A stretch of DNA of 64,000 nucleotides, from positions 55,608-119,607 of IMG/VR virus record IMGVR_UViG_3300028048_003164, one strand, 5' to 3'. The notes beneath the pieces were generated by a model. It ran no database searches and had not been told where the DNA came from. It saw only the letters and a list, made by a program, of their open reading frames with translations. The stretch comes from a virus (Duplodnaviria; Caudoviricetes). Numbering within the stretch: position 1 is the stretch's first letter; every line of letters begins with the position of its first letter. Below, in pieces: positions 9,064 to 18,487 of the stretch. Both the position numbers and the translations under genes were made by a program.

Positions 9064-9390
9064 ATGACAAAGTATATTGTAAGAAGATCAAGTACATGGG
9101 ATTACGAACAACCTGTAGAAGAGGCTGTTCCATGCGAAATCCATAAATATGAAAGTATAGCTGCAAGTGCATCAGAAAGTGTAAAAGAGAGGTTTCGTTA
9201 TTTACTTGACGTAGAAAGGGAAGATGAAAAAGGATTATGCGGTTATTATAAGAAACCGACGAAGGCCTGGATGTGCGATATTCCCGACTTGCATAAGTTC
9301 GTCGAGAAGTACGGAAAAATTATCTTATTTAAGCCGTCTAACAAAGAAGGTCTTTGGGAGGTGGAGATTTATGATGATTATAGGGAGTAA
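9064..9390 (+). CDS. Hypothetical protein
   Basis: ATG at 9064; ends EIYDDYRE. Confidence 0.75.
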   Translation: MTKYIVRRSSTWDYEQPVEEAVPCEIHKYESIAASASESVKERFRYLLDVEREDEKGLCGYYKKPTKAWMCDIPDLHKFVEKYGKIILFKPSNKEGLWEVEIYDDYRE

Positions 9391-9412
9391 TATTTTAGAA
9401 TGTATAAAAAAG

Positions 9413-9988
9413 ATGAAAGAGATAAGAATACCAGGAGGTACAAACCTTGACGAAACAATTGAGTGGCTGAAGAAAGAATCCGAGAACGGAGGCGAACCGT
9501 GCTTTGGCATGTTCAATGGAAAGGAAATTTATTCCACAGACAGCGTTGATGAAGCCTATATGAAAGTTCTTGGTAAGACAAAGGCTGAATTTGAAGAAGG
9601 GCAACGAAAGTGGAGAGAAGAGTATGAACGTGCTGAGCGCGAGCATCGGGCAAGAATACCGCAACTGACCGAGCATAACCGAAACGAAGCGCGTGGTCTT
9701 GTATTGGATAGCGAGTTGGAGTATTGGGATGAGATTGTTCCTATTCGTCTCGGCGACCTTTATCATGGCATGGAGTTGCAGCAGGTCTTGGATTGCTGTA
9801 AGATAATGCGTGACGAGTCGCTTGTGTACGCAGCACGTCTGGAGAAGGCTTACGATGCTTTCATGTCGGCTGGTCACAGTGGAATGTCCGCAAATCTTAC
9901 AATGGCTATGCTTGCTCGTTTCTGCCCTCATGGGATGGAGCTTGCGGATGCTTGCAGAGAGTTTAGGTTTGAAAGGAGTAAGAAGTGA
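9413..9988 (+). CDS. Phage hypothetical protein
   Basis: ATG at 9413; RL.DLY.GME...GHSGMS motif. Confidence 0.8.
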   Translation: MKEIRIPGGTNLDETIEWLKKESENGGEPCFGMFNGKEIYSTDSVDEAYMKVLGKTKAEFEEGQRKWREEYERAEREHRARIPQLTEHNRNEARGLVLDSELEYWDEIVPIRLGDLYHGMELQQVLDCCKIMRDESLVYAARLEKAYDAFMSAGHSGMSANLTMAMLARFCPHGMELADACREFRFERSKK

Positions 9989-9991
9989 AAT

Positions 9992-10348
9992 ATGAAGGCA
10001 AGAGACAAGAAAACAGGAGAAATCGTAGAGATTGAGCGATACGGTGCTGACGGCAGCTATACCATGTTCCGAAATAGCGAAGGCGAATTGATGAACCTGC
10101 CCGTCAACTTCTATGACAACTACGTAGAAATAGAAGAAACGGAAGTTTCTATCGACTGGGAGCAGCGACGCTATGAGATAGCAAAAGAGATGATACCACA
10201 GGTGTTTCATGAACTGACGCTGGCTATACAAGCTGGAGAAGGTATAGTAGGCAAGACTAAGATGGAGGCCACGGCAGAATGTGCCGTGTGGTACGCTGAC
10301 GCACTGATAGCAGAACTAAAGAAAACACTTAAAGACAAGGAGGAATAA
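9992..10348 (+). CDS. Phage hypothetical protein
   Basis: IDWEQRRYEIAKE...YADALIAELKK motif. Confidence 0.85.
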   Translation: MKARDKKTGEIVEIERYGADGSYTMFRNSEGELMNLPVNFYDNYVEIEETEVSIDWEQRRYEIAKEMIPQVFHELTLAIQAGEGIVGKTKMEATAECAVWYADALIAELKKTLKDKEE

Positions 10349-10351
10349 ATC

Positions 10352-10882
10352 ATGAACGAACAAGAAGTAATCACCCTTCACGACCTGATAAAGTGGGTGC
10401 AAGACTGGATGCACACTTGCGGGATAAACCATGTTAATCCAAAAGATGTGCCATTCTATATCGAGAACAATAACCGCAGGTATCGTCCTTTTTCCGGCAA
10501 TCTCTGTTTCGGGAATAAAGGTGTATCGGTGGCAGTTGAGTTTTTCGACAGTGACATTGTGCGTTTCGACCCGAAGGATAAACGTCCTGAAGGCGGCGGC
10601 GAGTATTGGAAGAGCCGTGGGGCAAGCCAGTATGATGTCAGTGGATTTGTGGAGTCGAAACCAGCAGGTGAGCGTCTGCTGCGCATGGTGAAGTACATCC
10701 TCGAAACAGACGAACCGAAGACGTTCCTCGACTACCGCGAGTTCGAGCCAAACTGGATACAGTTCAAGTTCTCTGCCGAGGAATTTGATGTGGAGAAACT
10801 CGACCAGATGGCTACGGTCAATAACAACATCATCACCGAGCAGATTGTGCGTCAATGTGTAAAATCAAGAGCGGAGGAATGA
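10352..10882 (+). CDS. Hypothetical protein
   Basis: 176-aa ORF preceded by AGGAGG. Confidence 0.8.
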   Translation: MNEQEVITLHDLIKWVQDWMHTCGINHVNPKDVPFYIENNNRRYRPFSGNLCFGNKGVSVAVEFFDSDIVRFDPKDKRPEGGGEYWKSRGASQYDVSGFVESKPAGERLLRMVKYILETDEPKTFLDYREFEPNWIQFKFSAEEFDVEKLDQMATVNNNIITEQIVRQCVKSRAEE

Positions 10883-11277
10883 CTATGCAACCGCAGAAAA
10901 TAAAAATCATATATCAGCCACTAAAGGCTAAGTGGTACAGAATGATAGAGGCTGGTATCAAGCCCGAGGAATATCGGGAAGCAACTCCTTATTGGTGTAA
11001 GCGTTTTCTCGGCGTTAATGGTCTTGCCTTAGCGTACAGGCTTGGCACAAGGGACGTAAACAAGGCTGGCTACACCCACGTGCAGTTCTCCCTCGGCTAC
11101 CCGAAGAAAGACGACGAGAGCAGACGAATAACCTTTGAGCTGAAAGGTGTCTTTTACCGCACTGGGAACGAGGCGTGGGGCGCGGAGAAAGGAAAGAAAT
11201 ATCTTGTCGAGGTGCTGGGTAGACGCACATCGCTCGACGGAACAAAACTATGGAAAGAAAAACTAACGCAGGTTTGA
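10879..11277 (+). CDS. ASCH/PUA-like domain protein
   Basis: LK.KWY.MI..G.K.EEYRE..PYW motif, then F..GY. Confidence 0.8.
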   Translation: MTMQPQKIKIIYQPLKAKWYRMIEAGIKPEEYREATPYWCKRFLGVNGLALAYRLGTRDVNKAGYTHVQFSLGYPKKDDESRRITFELKGVFYRTGNEAWGAEKGKKYLVEVLGRRTSLDGTKLWKEKLTQV

Positions 11278-11312
11278 GTCCTGCATAATATAAACAAAAA
11301 AAATAAATAATT

Positions 11313-11921
11313 ATGTTTGAAAACATTCAGAACTCCTTTAATGGTATGTTTGGTAAGATAGCATCAGGCATGTGCCGTCTTACTATGAATGGCAGCATCG
11401 CTGTCAAGTGCTCTAACGGCTACAAGTCCTATAATATAAAGAAAGGGACTTTAACCAATGTTACTAATTTCTGCTTCAACGTAGGTGATGAGATGTTTTT
11501 TGTTATTCCAACAAATAAGGTTGAGGTTGGCGACATTATCCTTGTAGGTGGAAAGCCAAAGTGCGTCACAGAGGCTAACAAGAAGATTATCACGGTTATA
11601 GATTATGAAAACGCAGAGGTTCGACAGGTTGTGCCAGAGCGACACGTTTTCATGGGCAGCACATACTTCTATGGGAAAATCGTTTCCATGTTTGGTAATG
11701 CCTTTAAAGGCGGCAGGGGGCTTGGAAATATGATGAAGATGATGATGTTCTCTCAAATGATGGGAGGTGGCAACAATAGCACGAACAATAACGGATTTGG
11801 TCAGATGATGGCAATGTCTATGTTTATGGGCGGCAAGGAAAATCCGTTTGACGGTATGTTTGACTTTGACTTTAGTGAGAGCGATAACGAAGAGGAAACA
11901 GAAACAAGCGAGGAGGATTAA
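11313..11921 (+). CDS. Unknown protein, beta-rich N-terminus and Gly/Met-rich C-terminus
   Basis: 202 aa; MMKMMMFSQMMGG...MMAMSMFMGG; first gene of the vWA/AdSS cluster. Confidence 0.85.
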   Translation: MFENIQNSFNGMFGKIASGMCRLTMNGSIAVKCSNGYKSYNIKKGTLTNVTNFCFNVGDEMFFVIPTNKVEVGDIILVGGKPKCVTEANKKIITVIDYENAEVRQVVPERHVFMGSTYFYGKIVSMFGNAFKGGRGLGNMMKMMMFSQMMGGGNNSTNNNGFGQMMAMSMFMGGKENPFDGMFDFDFSESDNEEETETSEED

Positions 11922-11924
11922 ACG

Positions 11925-12029
11925 ATGGGAGCAATAGGTAAGGTCGTATTTTCTGAGTACGCAAAGGAAAACGTTCAGAATCAGACAAACAAAGTAACAA
12001 ACAATGAAAACAAAAAGGAGGAGAAGTAA
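11925..12029 (+). CDS. 34-aa micro-ORF coupled to the vWA gene
   Basis: MGAIGKVVFSEYAKENVQNQTNKVTNNENKKEEK; AGGAGG upstream; TAATG overlap. Confidence 0.5.
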   Translation: MGAIGKVVFSEYAKENVQNQTNKVTNNENKKEEK

Positions 12030-12892
12030 TGGGAAGCGGAACAGTATCACATAGTTCAATGCGTACCTACGCAACCAGTCTTGGTCGCAGTTATGATTCT
12101 TCAACGGGACGTGTTAAAGGACAGGAGTTTGTTGCAAGAAACATAGATCCTTCACTTGACCCAAGAAACTTTAAGGTAAGGGAATGTGTCAATAGCGAAG
12201 AGCACCCTAATACCATTCCTGTAATCCTTGGTCTTGACGTTACTGGTTCGATGGGTGAGGCTTGTAGCGAGACTGCGGCAGCTCTGGGCACCATTATTTT
12301 TAACCTTTACAAGAAGTTTAAGGACATAGAGTTCTGTATGATGGGCATAGGTGATTTGGCTTACGACCGTGCACCAATTCAAATGAGTCAGTTTGAGAGC
12401 GACATCCGCATAGTAGAGTCGTTAGACAAAGTCTATATGGAGCATGGTGGCGGTGGAAATCGCTACGAGAGTTACACGGCTGCTTGGTACATGGGATTGA
12501 AGCGAACGAAACTTGACTGCTATGACAAACAGCATCGGAAAGGTATCATCATCACTATGGGTGACGAGCCGCTGAATCCCTATCTTCCGGTGGACAAATT
12601 GAACCAAGCTATCGGTGGTACCGAACAGACCGACATCGAGACGCACCAGCTCTATCAGGAGGCAACCGAAAAGTTCGACATCTTCCACATCGCCGTGGAT
12701 AGTCCGCAAGACAGCTACAAGTTTTATCAGAATGACATAGCCAGCAGCTTTGGATCTGTTCTTGGTCTGCGCTATAAGGTAGCTTCAATCAACAACCTTG
12801 CTGCAGTGATAGAAACGTGTATAAACGAAAGTTTGGAGGGCGTAGCACAGCAGCCAGAAAGCAAACTGAATAATGGTTTAATAAGTTGGTAG
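12029..12892 (+). CDS. von Willebrand factor A (vWA) domain protein
   Basis: MIDAS-type LDVTGSM, GGGG.N..ESY, IITMGDE. Confidence 0.9.
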   Translation: MGSGTVSHSSMRTYATSLGRSYDSSTGRVKGQEFVARNIDPSLDPRNFKVRECVNSEEHPNTIPVILGLDVTGSMGEACSETAAALGTIIFNLYKKFKDIEFCMMGIGDLAYDRAPIQMSQFESDIRIVESLDKVYMEHGGGGNRYESYTAAWYMGLKRTKLDCYDKQHRKGIIITMGDEPLNPYLPVDKLNQAIGGTEQTDIETHQLYQEATEKFDIFHIAVDSPQDSYKFYQNDIASSFGSVLGLRYKVASINNLAAVIETCINESLEGVAQQPESKLNNGLISW

Positions 12893-12898
12893 AGGCCT

Positions 12899-13963
12899 AT
12901 GAATGCAAGAATAGTAATTGGAGCAAATTATGGAGATGAGGGAAAGGGTACGGTCGTTGCCCACCTTACAAAAACTGGCACAAATGTGCTGAATGTCTTG
13001 ACGAATGGAGGCTCACAGCGTGGGCACTCCATTCTCACCAAGGACGGTTCAATGACGTTTCAGCACTTTGGAAGCGGCACTTGTTATGGTGCGGACAACT
13101 ACTATTCAGCATGGTATATCCTAAACCCTATGCAGTTCGTTAAGGAATACTGCGAATTGATAGTAAAACCGATACATATCTACCGTGATCCAAGATGCAG
13201 ATGGAGCACGCCTTATGACGCTATGGCTAATCTTATAGACGAAGAAGCAAGAGGGAGACACGCATCATGTGGAATGGGTATATGGATGACAATTAAACGC
13301 TACGGAAGCATGCCTATCATGCTGTTTGATGACTTTGTTAAAAATGAAGATAGACAATATGCGTATCTCGAAAGCGTGAAGTCTTACTACGAGAATTTCA
13401 TGGAAATACCGACAAAATGGAAGGATACATGGGATTCAGACATACTGAAGGTACATTTCATCCGAGATTGTCAGATTATGCACTCACTTACAAAGCCCGC
13501 AGACGTTGTGACAATGAATAGCTACGACAATATTGTTTTCGAGAATGGCCAAGGACTTCTCCTTTGCGACACAGGCAAAGATACGGAAGACACTACTCCA
13601 TCCAATACGGGTATTTCCTATGCGCTTTCAATGGCAAGGCAAATGGGAATAGAGGATATAACCGCACACTATGTGACACGTCCGTATCTTACAAGACATG
13701 GAGACGGGCATATCAGCAATGAGATAAGTAGGTATGCTCTTTCTTCCGACATACTGGATGACAGGACAAACCATTACAATGAGCATCAAGGAATGTTCCG
13801 CTATGGAGAACTTGATATAACAGAACTTCACAATAGGATTACTGACGATGCAAAGGGCGTTAACTATGTCCTTGATGTGACGCATTGCGATGAAATGGAT
13901 AGGGTTAAAGAATTTAAAAAAGAATTTGCTAAAGTAAATACTTACGACAGTCCGTTAATTTAA
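12899..13963 (+). CDS. Divergent adenylosuccinate synthetase-like ligase
   Basis: GANYGDEGKG P-loop, GG.QRGH, SCGMG, FENGQG, RPYLTRHGDG, FRYG.LD, THCD. Confidence 0.9.
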   Translation: MNARIVIGANYGDEGKGTVVAHLTKTGTNVLNVLTNGGSQRGHSILTKDGSMTFQHFGSGTCYGADNYYSAWYILNPMQFVKEYCELIVKPIHIYRDPRCRWSTPYDAMANLIDEEARGRHASCGMGIWMTIKRYGSMPIMLFDDFVKNEDRQYAYLESVKSYYENFMEIPTKWKDTWDSDILKVHFIRDCQIMHSLTKPADVVTMNSYDNIVFENGQGLLLCDTGKDTEDTTPSNTGISYALSMARQMGIEDITAHYVTRPYLTRHGDGHISNEISRYALSSDILDDRTNHYNEHQGMFRYGELDITELHNRITDDAKGVNYVLDVTHCDEMDRVKEFKKEFAKVNTYDSPLI

Positions 13964-13976
13964 AATAATAGGAACT

Positions 13977-14435
13977 ATGAAGTATATTGATTCAGAGAAA
14001 ATAACAGCAAAGATTGATGGAATCATTGAAACGCTGAAAAGAAGTTGCAACCCAGACCCGCTTGGCACGACAGAGGAGTGTATGGTCGCTGCCGAGCTTG
14101 AGGCACTGGGGTTGGTAAAGTCCATCATTGACGAGATGAAGCAGGAAGAACCGACACCGCCAGGCATTGAAGAGGAATGCAAGAGAAAAGGTTGGCTTGA
14201 CTACGGTTTGATGATGAGCGAGATTGGATTGTACCGATACAATGCGATACACCGCATCAAGGCACACAAGGAAGAGTTCGACCCTAACACCATTCCCAAC
14301 CTCTATCACGTTGCAGAATATTATAAGGCTGTTGGCGAGGAGGTGGTCTGCTGCTGCTTGCAAGCATACTGCAAGGATTTTATCTTTACGCAGGAAGAAG
14401 TGAAGGAGATTATCAAGAAGGAGGATTGGCAATGA
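13977..14435 (+). CDS. Hypothetical protein
   Basis: 152-aa ORF. Confidence 0.8.
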   Translation: MKYIDSEKITAKIDGIIETLKRSCNPDPLGTTEECMVAAELEALGLVKSIIDEMKQEEPTPPGIEEECKRKGWLDYGLMMSEIGLYRYNAIHRIKAHKEEFDPNTIPNLYHVAEYYKAVGEEVVCCCLQAYCKDFIFTQEEVKEIIKKEDWQ

Positions 14436-14749
14436 AAGAAAGCGATTTCAAGGAATTGTGGAAAGACAATAAGACGTATGAGCATGTCCCTCTGCCTAAG
14501 AGTGTCTTGAAGATTCTAAAGAGGCAGTACAATGGGTATGTGCTTCATGCTTTTATCTATCACGACGCGAGAAAGTGGACTGACGGCAAAGACCACAAGT
14601 CTATGGTTCTTGGCTTTGATAAGATAATCAGTGCAAACTATGTAGTCCGAGGACCAGGAGTGTGCTGTGGAATGGATCATTGCGTCCACGATTGGGATGA
14701 CCTTGCAAGAGAAATAGCATTTGATTATCCTGAAAATGCAAAAGAATAA
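14432..14749 (+). CDS. Hypothetical protein
   Basis: ATGA overlap with previous gene. Confidence 0.75.
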   Translation: MKESDFKELWKDNKTYEHVPLPKSVLKILKRQYNGYVLHAFIYHDARKWTDGKDHKSMVLGFDKIISANYVVRGPGVCCGMDHCVHDWDDLAREIAFDYPENAKE

Positions 14750-14762
14750 AGGAGGACAAGTG

Positions 14763-15095
14763 ATGGAAAGAAAAGTGTTAAAGGCAAGCACAGAGGAAAC
14801 CCGTGAATGCGTAACAAGGATGCTGCGCAAAAAGGTAAAGACAATGCGTAGCGAGGAGGACGGGATTTATGTCGAAGGTTTTCTTCCATTTAGCCTGATG
14901 GAAGATGTCGTCGAACTTCTTAGGACGGCAAAAAAGTTTCAGCGCATAACAGGTGTGGCGAGAATACAAGTCAAAGACCTCTCTCATATGACGGAGGAAG
15001 AAGCTATCGCATACATAGACTCGCTTGGAGCATTTGGCTACAGTACGTCGGAACTAAGGAATCAGTATAAACGAACAAAGACCATAATTATATGA
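14763..15095 (+). CDS. Hypothetical protein
   Basis: ATG at 14763 after AGGAGG. Confidence 0.7.
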   Translation: MERKVLKASTEETRECVTRMLRKKVKTMRSEEDGIYVEGFLPFSLMEDVVELLRTAKKFQRITGVARIQVKDLSHMTEEEAIAYIDSLGAFGYSTSELRNQYKRTKTIII

Positions 15096-15316
15096 ACAAA
15101 ATAGCAAAAAAGACAGGTATATATTGTTCTCCTTGTGTAACTTTTGCCGTAGCGAGAAACGAACAAAGTGGCAGGTGGGTAGGCTCTATTTCTATAGGTG
15201 AGATGTATTACGAGACTGACCCCTATAAAGACAAAGACGGAGCGGTTTCAGAATTGCTTGGGTGTCTTGAAGCGTTGAAAAAAAATATAGAAGAAAAAAT
15301 AAACGAATTAAAATGA
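15092..15316 (+). CDS. Hypothetical protein
   Basis: 74-aa ORF, overlap-coupled. Confidence 0.7.
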   Translation: MNKIAKKTGIYCSPCVTFAVARNEQSGRWVGSISIGEMYYETDPYKDKDGAVSELLGCLEALKKNIEEKINELK

Positions 15317-15319
15317 TTT

Positions 15320-15856
15320 ATGGAAACAATTCAAGAAGGGAAGGCATACTACTTTTACGATGACAGGGCAACGGATAGCGTATGTAAGGCTCATGTGCTG
15401 CACATCCTCCCTCATCCGGAAAGCAACAATAATAAGTTAATCGTATATCGCTGGTACGGAAAGCACAGACGACGTTGGTGGTATGGGGTGACAACTCTTG
15501 CCATACAAGAAATATGGGATGAATACTGCCAAAAATTTTGTAGGTTAGATAAGGAACGGAGGGATAAGGCAAGGGCTAAGAAGTGTGGAAAATGTGGCTA
15601 TTTTATGCGCTACATCAACTATAAAGGACAGCCCAGTCATTTAGGCGATTGTGCCAATATCCAAATGAACAAAGAGTGCTACGATGGCATTAATCCTTTC
15701 AACGATGAAGACGAACAGCTATTGCAAGTTGAAGAAAACGAGACAGCTTGCAATGGATTTAAGGAAAATATGACAAAACGAGTTATGGATTATATCAATG
15801 AACATCCATCATTATATGTGCAAGCTACGCATTTTAAGCCAAAGAAGAGCAGGTAA
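15320..15856 (+). CDS. Hypothetical protein with Cys cluster
   Basis: 178 aa; CGKCGYF...C...C. Confidence 0.75.
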   Translation: METIQEGKAYYFYDDRATDSVCKAHVLHILPHPESNNNKLIVYRWYGKHRRRWWYGVTTLAIQEIWDEYCQKFCRLDKERRDKARAKKCGKCGYFMRYINYKGQPSHLGDCANIQMNKECYDGINPFNDEDEQLLQVEENETACNGFKENMTKRVMDYINEHPSLYVQATHFKPKKSR

Positions 15857-15871
15857 AAGGGAGGAGTATTT

Positions 15872-16513
15872 ATGACAGATAATTTTAAAATGTATAGGGA
15901 GTTCATTAATTTGCGAGGCGGACTTCCTGAGACAAACGAGAAAGGTAATCTTGACAAGTATTACGTAATCGAACTGATACGCCGAGGAAAGGATAATCCA
16001 GATATGGCAGCAGCAAACTATCATTTCCGGAATTACTATATCTACTCATGGCTTGACCTTGACAAATATGAAAAAGAAATAAAAGATGTTTGTACGCTGC
16101 TTAAGATGCGTGCTTATTGTTCCGTGAACTACAAACTGATGTCACAGGTTGCTCTTGATACGCAAGCGGAGTCAGCACGGAGGATTGCAGCACATGACTA
16201 TAAGAAATTCTACAACATCTTTGAATCATGCTCTGGAAAGTATGTGAAAAGAGGTGATTCCTTATGGGTGGTTGACGTTGACGGTGATGTGTCAGAAACA
16301 TATCTGTCTCAATTAATGGAATATATAAACTCGATGGAATCAGGACATGAAAGAAATGTAGAATTCGTAATGTGTACAAGGAACGGAATCCATATTATTT
16401 GCAACCCATTCAATCTGCAGCAGTTCAATATCGGATTTAAGAGTAAATTCAAAGAAATGGAAGTTCCAGATGTGAAGAAGAATCATTTGACATTGTTATA
16501 CGAGAATTTATGA
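15872..16513 (+). CDS. AEP (archaeo-eukaryotic primase) superfamily-like protein
   Basis: WVVDVD (motif I) and TRNGIH (motif II). Confidence 0.6.
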   Translation: MTDNFKMYREFINLRGGLPETNEKGNLDKYYVIELIRRGKDNPDMAAANYHFRNYYIYSWLDLDKYEKEIKDVCTLLKMRAYCSVNYKLMSQVALDTQAESARRIAAHDYKKFYNIFESCSGKYVKRGDSLWVVDVDGDVSETYLSQLMEYINSMESGHERNVEFVMCTRNGIHIICNPFNLQQFNIGFKSKFKEMEVPDVKKNHLTLLYENL

Positions 16514-16935
16514 TAGAAGGAATAATATCCAATGTACGTACGGAGGCTGAGTCGGAGGTGGAACGTGTCTTCAAGCATGTTCTTGTAGAGTTGTACATGA
16601 AAGGCTTTATGAGAGGTCTTGAATGTGCGGAAGACAAGGATGCAGCGTTGCGGCGTTTGACAGAGGAGGCAGAGGCCTTTGAAGGCGGAGCAGTGCGTAA
16701 GGAAAGACCACTTGTAAGGCTGAAACCTGATGCAATTCTCAAGAGGAGATTGAATAAGTCGGATTTCAATACGAAAGTGTGGCGAACTTTAAATGAACTC
16801 AACTGCGAGACTTTGGGGGATATTTTACAGATAAGTGAGAAGTTCTATCTTAGCAGACGAGGCTTTGGAATGGGTAGTCTTAATGTCCTGAGAAAATATG
16901 TTAAGCAGTTCGGCTATAAGCTAAAAGATAATTGA
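16510..16935 (+). CDS. RNA polymerase alpha-CTD-like domain protein
   Basis: C-terminus TLGDILQISE...RGFGMGSL..L aligns by eye with the RpoA CTD helix-hairpin-helix. Confidence 0.75.
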   Translation: MIEGIISNVRTEAESEVERVFKHVLVELYMKGFMRGLECAEDKDAALRRLTEEAEAFEGGAVRKERPLVRLKPDAILKRRLNKSDFNTKVWRTLNELNCETLGDILQISEKFYLSRRGFGMGSLNVLRKYVKQFGYKLKDN

Positions 16936-16955
16936 CCAAATATTAATCCAAATAA

Positions 16956-17462
16956 ATGATAAAATCTATGGTGGAAAAAATCTTAAAAGAAACCTACGTC
17001 AATCCAAAAGTGGAACTGACACAGAATGATTACAATCGCCTTGTCCAGATGGCAACGATGAAAGCCAAGAAGATTGAGGAAAAGGCCAGGGAGATATACG
17101 ACAAAGAAGGTGTCGTGAAGATTGAGTTTGATGGGCGTTTTGTCTCAAACCGTTATGGTGAAAGAAACACTGAGCATTACAAGTTTGATGTATATTGCCC
17201 GTCATATCAAGTCACGCCAACTGGTGAATTTGAGAAGACACTGTTCTCTATCCCAGAGAAAATGCGTCAGCGAATTGCCACGAAAGTAAAGCGCTATGTG
17301 GAAGAGGTATTCATAGAGCATTTCGGCGAACACTTGTACAAGTTGAATAACATTAAGAGACTGGAGGAAAAGACAGAACGTGAGTGGAAACGGTTCCTCG
17401 TATGGACTGTCACAGGGTGGCTTCTTGCAATCCTGATGTTCGCAGTGATTTTGTTTAAGTAA
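16956..17462 (+). CDS. Hypothetical protein with C-terminal TM helix
   Basis: 168 aa; FLVWTVTGWLLAILMFAVILF. Confidence 0.8.
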   Translation: MIKSMVEKILKETYVNPKVELTQNDYNRLVQMATMKAKKIEEKAREIYDKEGVVKIEFDGRFVSNRYGERNTEHYKFDVYCPSYQVTPTGEFEKTLFSIPEKMRQRIATKVKRYVEEVFIEHFGEHLYKLNNIKRLEEKTEREWKRFLVWTVTGWLLAILMFAVILFK

Positions 17463-17481
17463 GAAAAAACGAATTACAATT

Positions 17482-18204
17482 ATGACTATCGACGAATTGA
17501 TACAGGAGTTTCCTGAGTGTGAGAGAATCAAGCGCGAGGACATCGCGGAGTGTATAACTAAAGCCATGGCGGAGGAAAAGTTTTATCAAGAAGCTGCTGA
17601 CAAAATATGGAAAAAGGCACATGAGTTGTATCCGCATTACGAGGGGAGATACGATGAGAACAATGCTGAACAGAATGCCTATAGGTCGTTCTTCGTTTAT
17701 AACTATGCCACAGGTAGTCTTTCCAGATTTGACGAGTGGAGGAAAACCTTCGAGACGGAGTTCATCGTCCAGCACGGATATGTACACACCTTCGAGGAAT
17801 CCTGCCAGATGGCTGCCGACGAGTGGACGAGGATGATTTTTGGTAACCATATTCAGAATAACGGTGACCGTTCTGAGAACGGCTGTATAGCAATGATGCT
17901 TGGAACGCTTGTCAAGGATAAGGCAAGCAGCGGCATTGGTGATGATACCGTAGAGAAGTTCCGCAAGCTCTGCAAGGAATACTACCTTGGTGGGTGTATC
18001 TATGAGGATGAAAAGTATGGAAAGATGAAAATAGAGCCCTACAGCGACTATGGTCCCAACGATGCATTAGGCAGTTTGCTTGAGCAGGCAGGTGTGCCAC
18101 ATGACCGAATCGGTAGCATTACCCCGTGGAAGACGGGCATCTATATCAACAAGCGCGATAACTCCGTCTGCGTGAGAGGTTATCAGACTGAAAGGTATTT
18201 ATAA
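17482..18204 (+). CDS. Phage hypothetical protein
   Basis: 240 aa; DYGP...L...AG...PWKT motif. Confidence 0.85.
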   Translation: MTIDELIQEFPECERIKREDIAECITKAMAEEKFYQEAADKIWKKAHELYPHYEGRYDENNAEQNAYRSFFVYNYATGSLSRFDEWRKTFETEFIVQHGYVHTFEESCQMAADEWTRMIFGNHIQNNGDRSENGCIAMMLGTLVKDKASSGIGDDTVEKFRKLCKEYYLGGCIYEDEKYGKMKIEPYSDYGPNDALGSLLEQAGVPHDRIGSITPWKTGIYINKRDNSVCVRGYQTERYL

Positions 18205-18232
18205 TATGAAAAAGCAAAAAAAGGAATAAATT

Positions 18233-18487
18233 ATGACAGACGAACAATACAAAAGAGCCGTTCAGATACATGAGCGCCTGAATGAACTCCAAAAGGTAAA
18301 GAAGGAAATCGAAGGCACCAGAGATCACCGTTTATGGTATGCCGAAAATGGCAACAGCGACTGGCGACTGACTACAGAGTGGGTCATGCGCTACATCAGC
18401 GAACTGCTCGACAAGCACGACACCATGATTCGTGCAGAGATAGAAGAAGAAATCAGTAACCTGCTAAATGAAATAGAAACGTTATGA
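18233..18487 (+). CDS. Hypothetical protein
   Basis: 84-aa ORF. Confidence 0.75.
   Translation: MTDEQYKRAVQIHERLNELQKVKKEIEGTRDHRLWYAENGNSDWRLTTEWVMRYISELLDKHDTMIRAEIEEEISNLLNEIETL

Noticed and set aside
12899-13963. PurZ / Z-genome (2-aminoadenine) pathway
   Set aside because: The P-loop has Asp (GDEGKG), not the Ser of PurZ, and no DatZ/MazZ-like gene is recognisable nearby
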